Below, in pieces: positions 49,401 through 57,864 of a stretch of DNA of 64,000 nt. The position numbers and the translations under genes are program-made. This DNA comes from Nitrospiraceae bacterium (GTDB lineage Bacteria > Nitrospirota > Nitrospiria > Nitrospirales > Nitrospiraceae), in the NCBI GenBank assembly GCA_050246315.1, contig JBFWWG010000013.1:32001-96000 (forward strand), given 5' to 3'. Below the pieces are notes generated by a model, which saw only the letters and a list, made by a program, of their open reading frames with translations, made no database searches and had not been told where the DNA came from. Each line of letters begins with the position of its first letter. Position 1 is the first letter of the stretch.

Positions 49401-50687
49401 CCGAATTCGGCCTTTCAGGACTTGGTAGCTGCGCGGCCCCAGCTCACCGAAGATCCCAATCGCAACGGGGCGCTCTTCCTGATGGGGTTTGCCGCGCCGG
49501 AATCCAAAGATCCGATTCAGGTCGGTCTCGCGATCCAGCACGAGCAGTCCGGGCTGGGTGCGGCAAATGGTTGCGTGACCGAGGACGATCCGACTATTCC
49601 CCACACCGGCCAAGTCTCCGCCCCCTCCTTGGCGAGATGGTATCGCGAAGAGGTCCCGTCCATCCTATTCCGCGACAAAGCCACGACGGTCAAGGATTGG
49701 GTCAGGACTCGATCAATGTCGATGACTCGATATCAGAAGTGGTTGTCGCTGCCGTTTGATGATACGGGCTATGGACAGCCCGCGACTCCGGATTGTCGGC
49801 TGATTCTGGACGTGCACCGGCTCTTTGTGGCGGAAGGTTTCGCACAAGGCCTGGAACCGGGGATCGAGCGACTGGAAGCTGATCTTCCCACGTGGCGAGG
49901 ACTGCTACGGAAGGCCAAGACCTTGGGGACCAAAATGCTCGCCGTTGCGGCCGTCAATGACGATGCTCGTGTCGTCTCAGGGCTGTTGGGTATGCCGGAG
50001 TTAGATGCGCGATCTCTGATGCGATTGGCGAAGCTTGTGTCCCCGCTGGATAGTGCCGAACAGTCCCTACGCTGGCCCATGCAGCATGAGTTTCTTCTCG
50101 CCAAGCAACGGATCGAAATGACTAGCCGGGCCGACCGCCATCCCGCTCGACCCTGGTACGTGGCAGGGGTTGCGCTGATGCCGCTGCCAGACCAACGTAT
50201 CCTGAATGCCTATGCTGACTACTATGAAGACCTGATCAAATCCGTCGAGACTGCCCGGACAATGCCGACGGGGCTCAGTCCTTATTCGCACATCCGAACG
50301 CCGGCGGTCCGGCTGGTGGACTACCTGCTCAATCCTGTGAACAATATTCTGGAGGTTCCTCCGGGGCCTGCTTGGGAGCAACCGATCGGTCAGATACGAG
50401 AGACCGATGCATTGCTGCGGTTGGTCAGCCTTCAGGCGTGGATTCGGAAAGGACCCGTGGACGGCGACGTCAAGACTCGGGTAGCTAAGGCAGGGCAGAA
50501 TTTCTATGATCCTTTCACGGGCTATCCGATGTTGATCAACCAGGCCACGAATCGGCTGTATAGTGTGGGGGCCGACGGCAAGGACGACGATGCCGTGGCG
50601 CAGAAGGACGTTAGCGTTCGCCTCTCGACCGCGGGCGCACCACCCAGTCTGAGTGCTGCCTCGCCGACCAGCACTTCATCAAGATAG
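46470..50687 (+). CDS. Large TPR / acidic Pro-Glu linker / TM / periplasmic-domain protein
   Basis: 1405-aa ORF; N-terminal TPR-like helices, about 700 aa of low complexity, a hydrophobic segment near aa 930-975, C-terminal DPFTG...LYSVGADGKDD. Confidence 0.85.
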   Translation: MRGDRRSPTRSDKKAPARAHKRSQGSGPSSSKKSALLEEAITHMNAGRYGRSSSVLKELLTIDPANPEAKRLFATLQLRLGSLVTARNAFQALTDEALERQDYWLAESLLREYLVAGPRCVPFVEKLGSVFELKGDLDAAVEEYVKAVEILVEDPDSEQPDFAARLVTKIAQLSPHNPVLLHLESLLRQAKEHPRDEMPMDEDGTRPRLAPGLSGLDQPATDVEFRIPPAEASSDHERARLPWEEEADDIVVPQQPTAGQDAGASTSSQDVPEQPVQLVGLGTLPVPHDVEIAATHALLSSDRPAPPSPENTLAVAEPESVQRKWSTVPIPESPLSADPRVAEIGQEEVPPASSIGDTALIPAQLKDGVERPGAQLNVIPEPAEMGETSSGLTELRLQEGPTDQDLLPGSRPEPTPLGGGLTATEESPSVEILLRQENSESDRPNEAVPPPMPWEQVQEIRLESMPVETADRLVVEEVNEDLIAGILQQIDLRERLAGELMGAAILEVPDHPLASEPAALPELEPVLDVPSTVSIGKRDEAEIALVTPPADPLPDAPSMPCVTEPKEPFDAAPASEIVAEGSPPATLVEEAFDRPVETSQPGDIAIQSAWLDTAPTLALPQDTDTAVGSAAQIESSEIVRTREDSSREENTSDSSWPLPESEEAPTAGMPTYPSYLDQARVVADPVVPAIQEAAVKDSDYSGTETLLVGETVPESRIGSEPQLITDLEGSPPGYSEPEIVEAADPLSVVGEGTAASPDLADRYGNRSEHERHRQAGALEMGPSIGPEEQLPEAPPISESWVAEPATPFQCRLVPTIADEASREEGATTQPWPVHLRSRSESEQPAGSFAPLESRRHEDEPVAARPAPVTEPSSNLIATLEPATDRTLAQKEASVQFQDSRKPLATVGLTDSTVRPASRPVTATLSRFFLRGALFIRSCFATAHAVAVTLISLTLLSMGCAILLVGGLGLVWLGLEEKPNSAFQDLVAARPQLTEDPNRNGALFLMGFAAPESKDPIQVGLAIQHEQSGLGAANGCVTEDDPTIPHTGQVSAPSLARWYREEVPSILFRDKATTVKDWVRTRSMSMTRYQKWLSLPFDDTGYGQPATPDCRLILDVHRLFVAEGFAQGLEPGIERLEADLPTWRGLLRKAKTLGTKMLAVAAVNDDARVVSGLLGMPELDARSLMRLAKLVSPLDSAEQSLRWPMQHEFLLAKQRIEMTSRADRHPARPWYVAGVALMPLPDQRILNAYADYYEDLIKSVETARTMPTGLSPYSHIRTPAVRLVDYLLNPVNNILEVPPGPAWEQPIGQIRETDALLRLVSLQAWIRKGPVDGDVKTRVAKAGQNFYDPFTGYPMLINQATNRLYSVGADGKDDDAVAQKDVSVRLSTAGAPPSLSAASPTSTSSR

Positions 50688-50802
50688 CCTTCTCTGAAGC
50701 TCCGACTTCAGTTTCTGATCGGCCGATTCCCTCGCTGAGCCGGGACCATTCTATTCATCACATTCAGGAGTGCACTGAGCCTGGATCTTCCGCCGGCGCC
50801 GT

Positions 50803-51168
50803 TCATTGAGGAGCCGCTTGAACGTGTGTGGCCTCCTTCACCGGGGGCTCGATCTTGATTTGAGGCCCCTGAACCTTCGGAAGAAGACCGGCTCCGGGCT
50901 TCTCTATGATCCGTTGATCAGTTTGGTTGCTGGAGAGCTCTTGCTTGACATGTGTGTCATCAAAGGTGGCGGCCTGTTGCAGCGCTCGCGCTCCTGTGGC
51001 ATTCGATTGCCCTGGATCGTTTGCTAACGGCTGGCCGGCCACCGGGTCAACAGCTTTTCCCATCGGATAGCCCGGGTGTTGAGGCAACAGGGCGGGATTG
51101 GCAAACGCGAGTGTTATCGGGGCTACCGCGCCCAGAACAACCAGGAAGCACCGCAAGGTGTGTCGCAT
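50803..51168 (-). CDS. Small exported hypothetical protein
   Basis: SD AAGGAGG; signal peptide ending AFA; mature NPALLPQHPGYP. Confidence 0.75.
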   Translation of the reverse strand: MRHTLRCFLVVLGAVAPITLAFANPALLPQHPGYPMGKAVDPVAGQPLANDPGQSNATGARALQQAATFDDTHVKQELSSNQTDQRIIEKPGAGLLPKVQGPQIKIEPPVKEATHVQAAPQ

Positions 51169-51445
51169 GGTACCCTCCTTCCCGAATACACCCACGCCTT
51201 CCCCGAGAACCATCGAGGAAGGCATGAGGTCGGTATCGTGGACTGTGATATCGATAAGGCAGCGATCGGCAGGCTACCCCGGTTTCATCACGCCCTCCGA
51301 GGCATGTGCGGACACGGTCATCCTGCTCCTTGCCGAACACCGGCGCAAGCTGGACCGATTACGTACTCATGGCCTCGATCCGCTGCTTGACAGGGGTTGA
51401 TCAAACCCAGAGAATCATCCGGCGCTTGATCCCTGACAGGGTCGG

Positions 51446-52933
51446 ATGGAGATGGCTCCGCGAATGAGACAACGATCCGGGTCCCCCTTCACACGAGAGT
51501 TTGTGTCGCCACTTCCGTTTCCTACGCAGGTCATCTCCAACGAGGAATTTCTCCCGTCTCCCCAAACCCCCCGCCAGGCCATGGTTGAAACCCTGGCCCT
51601 TCGTCTGGCTGAGTCGGCTGCCGCGCGATTGAATGTGACGCGCCGGAATTTTCTGCGTCGATCGGGTGGAATGGCTGCGGTTTTTCTTGCCATGAACTCC
51701 GTGTTCGGGAAAATCTTCGACGTACTGGATGCAGAATTGTTCGATGTGGCCGCGGCCACTGAGCGCCGCGGCGATCCCTTTTTTATATTCGATGTGCAAA
51801 CCCACTATGTCAGCACCCACTATGATCCAACCAATGCCGAGTCCAAACGAGAAGGGGCCGTGGCAAAGGATCGGCTGTTGGCGCTGCGCCGGCGCATCCG
51901 TGAAGCGGGATGGAACCCGGCGCTGTTAGCGGACACGGGGACCATGAAGGATCTGTCCTGGGAGACGTTCATCAAGGAAGTGTTCCTGGACAGTGACACA
52001 ACGATCGGACTCATCAGCACTCCGCCTGGTCCCTATCCTCAGGAAGCTGTCGTCCCGCCCAAGGAGATGGCCCATATCCGAGACGAAGTCAATCGTGTGG
52101 CCGGCTCGCAACGGATGCTGGCTCATGGCTTGGCGACGCCTCAGTTGGGCGCCCCCGACCTGGAGTTCATGGAATTGCAGGTCGCGTCGCTCAAGATCGA
52201 CGCATGGAAGTGCTATACGGGTTCTTGCCCGAAGGGATTCGACCGCGGATGGTGGATGAGCGACGAGCGCATCGCATACCCCATGCTCGAAAAGGCCCGC
52301 GCTCTCAAGGTCCCTCGCGTGTGCGTCCACAAGGGGCTTCCGTTGGGACCGGTGCCGAACTACAACCATCCTAAAGATCTCATCCAGGCCGCGAAGGATT
52401 TCCCAGACCTGGATTTCTTGGTCTATCATTCCGGCCTGCTCACTTCCTTGGGAATCGATGAGACCTTCGCCAAGACCGGGGCCATTCCTTGGACCACGGA
52501 ATTTTGCCGCATGAAACAGGCCGAGCCGGAGCTTGGAAACATCTACATGGAACTGGGCTCGACCTTCGCCCAACTGGTCGTCACGCACCCAGCGATCTGT
52601 GCGCACCTCCTGGGCCAACTCATTCAAGCATTCGGTGTGGACCATGTGCTCTGGGGGACCGACTCCATCTGGTATGGCACACCGCAATGGCAGATCGAGG
52701 CCTTTAGACGATTTGAGATTCCGGAGCCGCTCGTGGAAGCATACGGCTACCAGCCGTTGACGCGATCGGCCAAGGAACGGATTTTCGGTCTCAACGCGGC
52801 TAAGCTCTTCGGAATTGACGTCGCGGCCACGCACAATCGGGTGCCCGCGGACTATCTGGGCAGGATTCGCATGGCCTATCACGAGGAAGGTCCGCTGCCG
52901 AGTCATCGATGGTATGGATGGGTGGCAGGGTGA
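51446..52933 (+). CDS. Amidohydrolase-family (amidohydrolase_2) metalloprotein
   Basis: DVQTH, WKCY, VHKG, YHSG, LWGTDS, KERIFGLNAAKLF; internal TRRNFLR. Confidence 0.85.
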   Translation: MEMAPRMRQRSGSPFTREFVSPLPFPTQVISNEEFLPSPQTPRQAMVETLALRLAESAAARLNVTRRNFLRRSGGMAAVFLAMNSVFGKIFDVLDAELFDVAAATERRGDPFFIFDVQTHYVSTHYDPTNAESKREGAVAKDRLLALRRRIREAGWNPALLADTGTMKDLSWETFIKEVFLDSDTTIGLISTPPGPYPQEAVVPPKEMAHIRDEVNRVAGSQRMLAHGLATPQLGAPDLEFMELQVASLKIDAWKCYTGSCPKGFDRGWWMSDERIAYPMLEKARALKVPRVCVHKGLPLGPVPNYNHPKDLIQAAKDFPDLDFLVYHSGLLTSLGIDETFAKTGAIPWTTEFCRMKQAEPELGNIYMELGSTFAQLVVTHPAICAHLLGQLIQAFGVDHVLWGTDSIWYGTPQWQIEAFRRFEIPEPLVEAYGYQPLTRSAKERIFGLNAAKLFGIDVAATHNRVPADYLGRIRMAYHEEGPLPSHRWYGWVAG

Positions 52934-53078
52934 GAGGTAGTAGGCCGCCTGTTTTCTGCTCGCGCGCCTCGCACTCCAGATCATCAAACGAACAAAGCTA
53001 AGGCCGGTGCTCGGCGGATGCGCACAAGTCAGACGTCCGGTCCGGTACATATAACGAGATGAAGGGGAAAGGACGAAG

Positions 53079-53762
53079 ATGAAGAGTGAGATCTTGTATC
53101 CGGGGGCGTTTCCGATGGTGCGGGTCTTCCTGGATGTCGGCGAAAGCATCAAGGCCGAGTCGGGCGCGATGGTAGGCGCTTCCCCGACGATCGACGTCGA
53201 GAGCAAGCTGGAAGGTGGATTGCTGGGTGCGCTGTCCCGCAAGTTGCTCACCGGTGAAAAATTCTTCTTCCAAACATTGCGCGCCGCGCGGGGGGCGGGC
53301 GAAGTGCTGTTGGCCCCCACGGTTCCCGGAGAAATCGTGGTGGTTGATCTCGACGGCGTCAACGAATACTTGGTTCAGAAGGACGGATTTTTGGCGGGAG
53401 CCGAGAGCATCAAGATCGAAAGCAAAGTGCAGAGTTTGAGTCGAGGGCTGCTGGGCGGCGAAGGGTTCTTCATTTTGCGCATCAGCGGGCAGGGGCAGCT
53501 CATCCTGAACAGTTTCGGCGCCATCCACAAAATTGAGCTCAAGCCCGAGGAAGAATATATCGTGGACAACGCGCATCTCGTCGCCTGGTCGGCGACGACC
53601 TCCTATGGCATCGAGCGCGCCTCAACCGGATGGGTGTCAAGCTTTACGTCCGGGGAGGGATTCGTTTGCCGCTTTCGCGGTCCCGGCGTGGTGTTGATCC
53701 AAAGCCGCAATCCCGGCGGATTCGGCAATTGGATCAGGCAATTCATTCCGGTCTCAGAATAG
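53079..53762 (+). CDS. TIGR00266 / AIM24 family protein
   Basis: AESGAM, GEKFF, GGEGFF, SFGAI, VDNAHLVAW, SGEGFVCRFRGPG..IQSRN. Confidence 0.92.
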   Translation: MKSEILYPGAFPMVRVFLDVGESIKAESGAMVGASPTIDVESKLEGGLLGALSRKLLTGEKFFFQTLRAARGAGEVLLAPTVPGEIVVVDLDGVNEYLVQKDGFLAGAESIKIESKVQSLSRGLLGGEGFFILRISGQGQLILNSFGAIHKIELKPEEEYIVDNAHLVAWSATTSYGIERASTGWVSSFTSGEGFVCRFRGPGVVLIQSRNPGGFGNWIRQFIPVSE

Positions 53763-53765
53763 GGT

Positions 53766-53830
53766 GGTCACTGGTCACTGGTCATCAGTCACTGGTTTTT
53801 CCACTGACCAATGACTGGTGACCGATGACA
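53766..53830. repeat. Inverted heptamer array (hairpin-forming)
   Basis: ggtcact ggtcact ggtcatc agtcact gg-ttttt-cc actgacc aatgact ggtgacc gatgaca. Confidence 0.85.
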
Positions 53831-53838
53831 GGCTCTCA

Positions 53839-54954
53839 ATGACCATCTCCCCCAACGCCCTTTGTTTCGGATCTGAGTTGCCGGCTTCAGGCGCCGCCTG
53901 TTTCGCCAGCCTTTCCCCGAACGGCTTGACTCTCACTTTTCTCCCGGACCGTGGCGGGGGAGCGCACAACGTTCCTTTCTCGGCGCTGACCGTGGGAGCG
54001 GGGGGCTTCGATCATGACCAGCTCGTGTTGAAGTGGGTTGATCGGGGTCGCGCCTTCGCGCTTCACAGCCGAGACCCTGAACTCATCCGGGGGCTTCGAA
54101 CGACGGCTCCAACGACGTTGGCCACGGCCCTTGCGCAGACCACCGACCAGGTTCGCAGGCGTCGCACGATCCGCCGACTTGCCTGGGTGGCGTCGATCGC
54201 GATGCTCGCCGGCGTATTGACCTGGCTCTGGTATGGCTCAGACATGTTGGGCGACCTGGTTGTATCGCGGATTCCATCATCATGGGAGGAGTCGCTTGGG
54301 GAATCGGCGTATCGTCAATTCCTGTCGGGCCAGACGGTTGTGAAGGAGGGGCCGGCGCTGCAAGCCGTGCAAGCGGTCACCGATCGGTTGACGGCCCATC
54401 TTGTTGCCAGTCCGTACCGTTTCCAAGTAACGGTAGTGGAGAATCACGCCGTCAACGCCTTCGCACTTCCCGGTGGATACATCGTAGTGTTCAGCGGGCT
54501 GCTCAAGAAGGCGAATGGTCCGGAGGAAGTGGCGGGCGTGTTGGGCCACGAGTTGAACCATGTCCTTCTCCGACATGCCATGGAACGAATCGTTAAGAAT
54601 ATGGGACTGATCGCGGTCGTGACCGTACTGACCGGTAATCAGCAGGGCATGGCCGGCGTGATGAAAGAACTTGGTATCGAACTGGCCACGCTCAAGTTTG
54701 GGCGAGCGCAGGAGCTGGAGGCCGATCTCGAAGGCCTTCGACTCCTGCATCGGGCGAGGGTGTCTCCCGAGGGGATGATCGGGTTTTTTCAGCGCCTGGC
54801 CGACTTGGAGGGGCGGCAGGTGGAGCTGCTCTCGACCCATCCGATGAGTGAGGCTCGCGCGCAGCGGCTGAAGTCGGAAGCGGCGACGCTGCCTCCCATG
54901 ACTCCCGAGCCGTTCGCCATCGATTGGCACGCGGTGCAGATTGCGGTGAAGTAG
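53839..54954 (+). CDS. M48 family metallopeptidase
   Basis: VNAFALPGG, AGVLGHELNH, RAQELEAD, LSTHP; one TM segment. Confidence 0.92.
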   Translation: MTISPNALCFGSELPASGAACFASLSPNGLTLTFLPDRGGGAHNVPFSALTVGAGGFDHDQLVLKWVDRGRAFALHSRDPELIRGLRTTAPTTLATALAQTTDQVRRRRTIRRLAWVASIAMLAGVLTWLWYGSDMLGDLVVSRIPSSWEESLGESAYRQFLSGQTVVKEGPALQAVQAVTDRLTAHLVASPYRFQVTVVENHAVNAFALPGGYIVVFSGLLKKANGPEEVAGVLGHELNHVLLRHAMERIVKNMGLIAVVTVLTGNQQGMAGVMKELGIELATLKFGRAQELEADLEGLRLLHRARVSPEGMIGFFQRLADLEGRQVELLSTHPMSEARAQRLKSEAATLPPMTPEPFAIDWHAVQIAVK

Positions 54955-55485
54955 ATGATGAGTAGGACGGCGAAAATCCCAAATGCGACCATGCGGCGAG
55001 AAAAACGATCGTTCCGACTGGGCGTGATCGCCGATACGCATGGGCTATTCGATGCGTCGTTGGAAGTGCACTTTGGCGGGATCGACCATATCGTGCATGC
55101 CGGTGATATCGGCGACCGGTCTGTGATGGACCGGCTGGCGAAGATCGCGCCGGTGACGGCGGTGTCCGGCAATGTGGACGGGTATGGTCTCAGCGGGTTT
55201 CCCGTGGACCGTCTGCTGGAACTTGCAGGCTGTCGCATTGCGCTTCGGCATATCGTGTACGAGGGCGGACGCTTGCATCCAGACGCACGGGCCTTGCTCG
55301 ACCGCGAGCATCCGGACATTTGTATTTTCGGGCATACGCATCGTCCGCTTATCGAATGGCTCGGTCCGATGCTCCTATTCAATCCCGGCTCAGCCGGGCC
55401 CAAACGTCTCCACCTTCCCAGGGCCATCGGACTCCTCACGATCGACCCCGACCGCGTGACGCCGATACACGTGCTCCTGAAGTAA
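54955..55485 (+). CDS. YfcE/MJ0936-like metallophosphoesterase
   Basis: ADTHG, HAGDIG, GNVD, FGHTH, NPGS. Confidence 0.9.
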   Translation: MMSRTAKIPNATMRREKRSFRLGVIADTHGLFDASLEVHFGGIDHIVHAGDIGDRSVMDRLAKIAPVTAVSGNVDGYGLSGFPVDRLLELAGCRIALRHIVYEGGRLHPDARALLDREHPDICIFGHTHRPLIEWLGPMLLFNPGSAGPKRLHLPRAIGLLTIDPDRVTPIHVLLK

Positions 55486-55601
55486 GCAATCCTTCCAGGA
55501 CAGCCCAGACCCGATGCGTAACGCGGTTGTTCACGCTCCATCAACGGCTGCGGCCTGGACATCGCTAATCGCTCGAATTATTACCATTCCAGAGGAAATC
55601 G

Positions 55602-55630
55602 TTGACAATCTAATTCAACGTCCATATAGT
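55602..55630 (+). promoter_or_regulatory. Near-consensus sigma70 promoter for the TRL-like genes
   Basis: TTGACA-N17-TATAGT. Confidence 0.75.
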
Positions 55631-55728
55631 GACGCCGTCTTGAGCAGTCCGGTCTAAGGGGAAGCCTACAACCCTGACGACATGTTCGCTACCTTCTCAA
55701 TCCATTCCACATTTAACAGGGAGGGAGT

Positions 55729-56046
55729 ATGAAACGGAACCTAATCCTTGCCGCGGTTGCTGCAAGTATGTTGACGCTCTACGGTTGTCAACCGGTTCAC
55801 TCGCCGCTGACCGGTGTCATCTTCAACGAGACTAAGTTTGGCTATGTGGCGACCACCAATGCGGCGACGACCAAGGAAGGCAAGGCCTGCGGCACCACGA
55901 TCCTGGGGTGGGTGGCGACCGGGGATATGAGCCTCACCGCGGCCAAAGCGGCCGGTGGGATCACCAACGTGTCCCATGTGGACCATTCCGCTCATAACAT
56001 CCTGGGGATCTTCGCGGAATTCTGCACGATCGTGAAGGGCAACTAA
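55729..56046 (+). CDS. TRL-like family lipoprotein, copy 1
   Basis: Lipobox LYGC; KEGKACGTTILGWVATGD.S..AAK.AGGIT...VD...NILGIF..FCT.V.G. Confidence 0.88.
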   Translation: MKRNLILAAVAASMLTLYGCQPVHSPLTGVIFNETKFGYVATTNAATTKEGKACGTTILGWVATGDMSLTAAKAAGGITNVSHVDHSAHNILGIFAEFCTIVKGN

Positions 56047-56079
56047 GCCGCCACTCTCTCGACGATTGAAGGAGGAGCT

Positions 56080-56397
56080 ATGAAGAAGCATCTCGTGCTT
56101 GCAGCATTGACGGTGTCGTTGTTGAGCCTCTACGGGTGCCAGCCGGTGGCGTCGCCCTTGGTGGGTATTATTTTCAACGAAACCAAGTTTGGGAATCTGG
56201 CCACGACCAACGCGGCGGCGACCAAGGAAGGGAAGGCCTGCGGCACCACCATCCTGGGCTGGGTGGCCACCGGGGACATGAGCATCAGCGCGGCCAAGGC
56301 GGCGGGCGGCATCACCAATGTGGCCCATATCGACTATACCGCCAAGAACATCCTCGGGATCTTTGCAGAGTTCTGCACGATCGTGAAGGGCAACTGA
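56080..56397 (+). CDS. TRL-like family lipoprotein, copy 2
   Basis: Tandem paralog of the same length (105 aa); SD AAGGAGGAG. Confidence 0.88.
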   Translation: MKKHLVLAALTVSLLSLYGCQPVASPLVGIIFNETKFGNLATTNAAATKEGKACGTTILGWVATGDMSISAAKAAGGITNVAHIDYTAKNILGIFAEFCTIVKGN

Positions 56398-56421
56398 CCT
56401 CCATTCGGATAGGGTTCGACG

Positions 56422-56453
56422 AAAGGGCCTGGGTAACCAGGCCCTTTTTGTTT
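56422..56453 (+). terminator. Intrinsic terminator after the TRL pair
   Basis: AAAGGGCCTGG-GTAA-CCAGGCCCTTTTTGTTT. Confidence 0.88.
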
Positions 56454-56464
56454 GTGGAGACCTG

Positions 56465-57181
56465 ATGCACAATCGGGTATGCCATGGTTCCAAGGACGAT
56501 CGGGTGCGGCGTCTCCGTAGATTCCGTGAACGGCGAGGTGCTCGCAACTGGGGAGTCGCGCTCAGCATAGGCTTTCTTGTAGTACTGACGCTTGCTCCCG
56601 ACAGTACTTCTGCGCAAACGAAAGATTTTGTATACATCGCGGCAGCGTTGGTCGGAAGCTTTCCCGAAGATAAGGACGCCGTGTTCCAGGGGCTGTCGCG
56701 GGGCGGCACTCAGCTCCGACCGGGCGTCGGATTGGGCATCAAAACCGCAGTCTTCCCGGCTTTTGTGAAGCGCATGGTCGGGCTGGAACTCGAATACGTC
56801 GGGCATTCGGGACGGATCCAATTCCCGCTCTCGGGAGCTAATACGGGACGGTCCGGCAGTTCGGCGCTCACGGTACTCACGTCTATGGCGAATCTCATGG
56901 TGCAATATCCCGACGCGGTCGTACAGCCTTATGCCGGAGTTGGAATGGGATGGGCAACGGGAATCTTGACCGATACGGACATTCCCGACAGGCCGGATCG
57001 CGGCTTCGAGGGAGCGTGGGCATTCAGTTATCAATTCATTACGGGTGCGCGAACGCGACTTTCCCCACGGACATTCCTCTTTGCCGAGTACAAATATCTT
57101 GCGGCCAATTTTCATTGGACTCAATTGGCCGTGGATTTTCGCTCACACTACGTGCTGTTCGGCGTGGGGCTGAGTTTTTGA
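56465..57181 (+). CDS. Outer-membrane beta-barrel protein (OmpA/OmpW-like 8-stranded type)
   Basis: Signal peptide, GLELEY, QPYAGVGMG, FAEYKY, C-terminal GVGLSF. Confidence 0.8.
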   Translation: MHNRVCHGSKDDRVRRLRRFRERRGARNWGVALSIGFLVVLTLAPDSTSAQTKDFVYIAAALVGSFPEDKDAVFQGLSRGGTQLRPGVGLGIKTAVFPAFVKRMVGLELEYVGHSGRIQFPLSGANTGRSGSSALTVLTSMANLMVQYPDAVVQPYAGVGMGWATGILTDTDIPDRPDRGFEGAWAFSYQFITGARTRLSPRTFLFAEYKYLAANFHWTQLAVDFRSHYVLFGVGLSF

Positions 57182-57311
57182 CTGGCCGCATCCGCGCGCA
57201 ATTAAGGTGGATGGCCTCTGTCTTGCTTCTCGCATTCTGTTATACTTCGCCCCGACCCGTAATCCATGCGCTCCGCGTTCATTACAACCCTTTTGCCGGG
57301 AGAAGGACAGG

Positions 57312-57821
57312 ATGAGGCACGCCGTCGAGTTCCAACTGGTTGCGATGCTTTTGGCCATACAGGTTGGGACGGCCTATGCGACCAACCCAGACACAGGCCC
57401 AGGGTGCGGGTTAGGTAAAATGCTGTGGGCCGATCATAAGAACCAAAAGAACATCGCCCCTCAGGTATTGATGGTGACGACCAATGGCACGGGGATGAAC
57501 ACGTTCGCGATCAGTTCCGGAACCTCCGGATGCACGAATGACGGGCAGGTGTGGGCTGAGCAGAAGGTCACGACCTTTGCGAGCCTCAATTTCGACAATC
57601 TGGCCCAAGAGATGGCTCAAGGAGAAGGCGAGCATCTGTCCTCCCTGGCCACGCTCATGGGTGTGCCCGCCGAGCATCAAGCCGAGTTTTTTGCGATGAC
57701 ACAGGAGAAATACACGAGCCTGATGCAGGGAGGAGCGTCTTCCCCCATGGCCTTAATTAAAGACTTGAATGACGCGATCGACGGCCATCCGATCCTCGCG
57801 AAGGCCACCGCGCCCCACTGA
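57312..57821 (+). CDS. DUF3015 family exported protein
   Basis: Signal peptide; GPGCGLG, TTNGT, FAISSGTSGC, NLAQEMAQGEGEHLSSLATLMG. Confidence 0.85.
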   Translation: MRHAVEFQLVAMLLAIQVGTAYATNPDTGPGCGLGKMLWADHKNQKNIAPQVLMVTTNGTGMNTFAISSGTSGCTNDGQVWAEQKVTTFASLNFDNLAQEMAQGEGEHLSSLATLMGVPAEHQAEFFAMTQEKYTSLMQGGASSPMALIKDLNDAIDGHPILAKATAPH

Positions 57822-57864
57822 AGGCCTTGCGGTTCCCGATTGTTCAAGATTTGGGGAAGCTCGG

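Noticed and set aside
53766..53830. Short repeats considered as a CRISPR array
   Set aside because: 7-nt tandem units with no unique spacers and no cas genes
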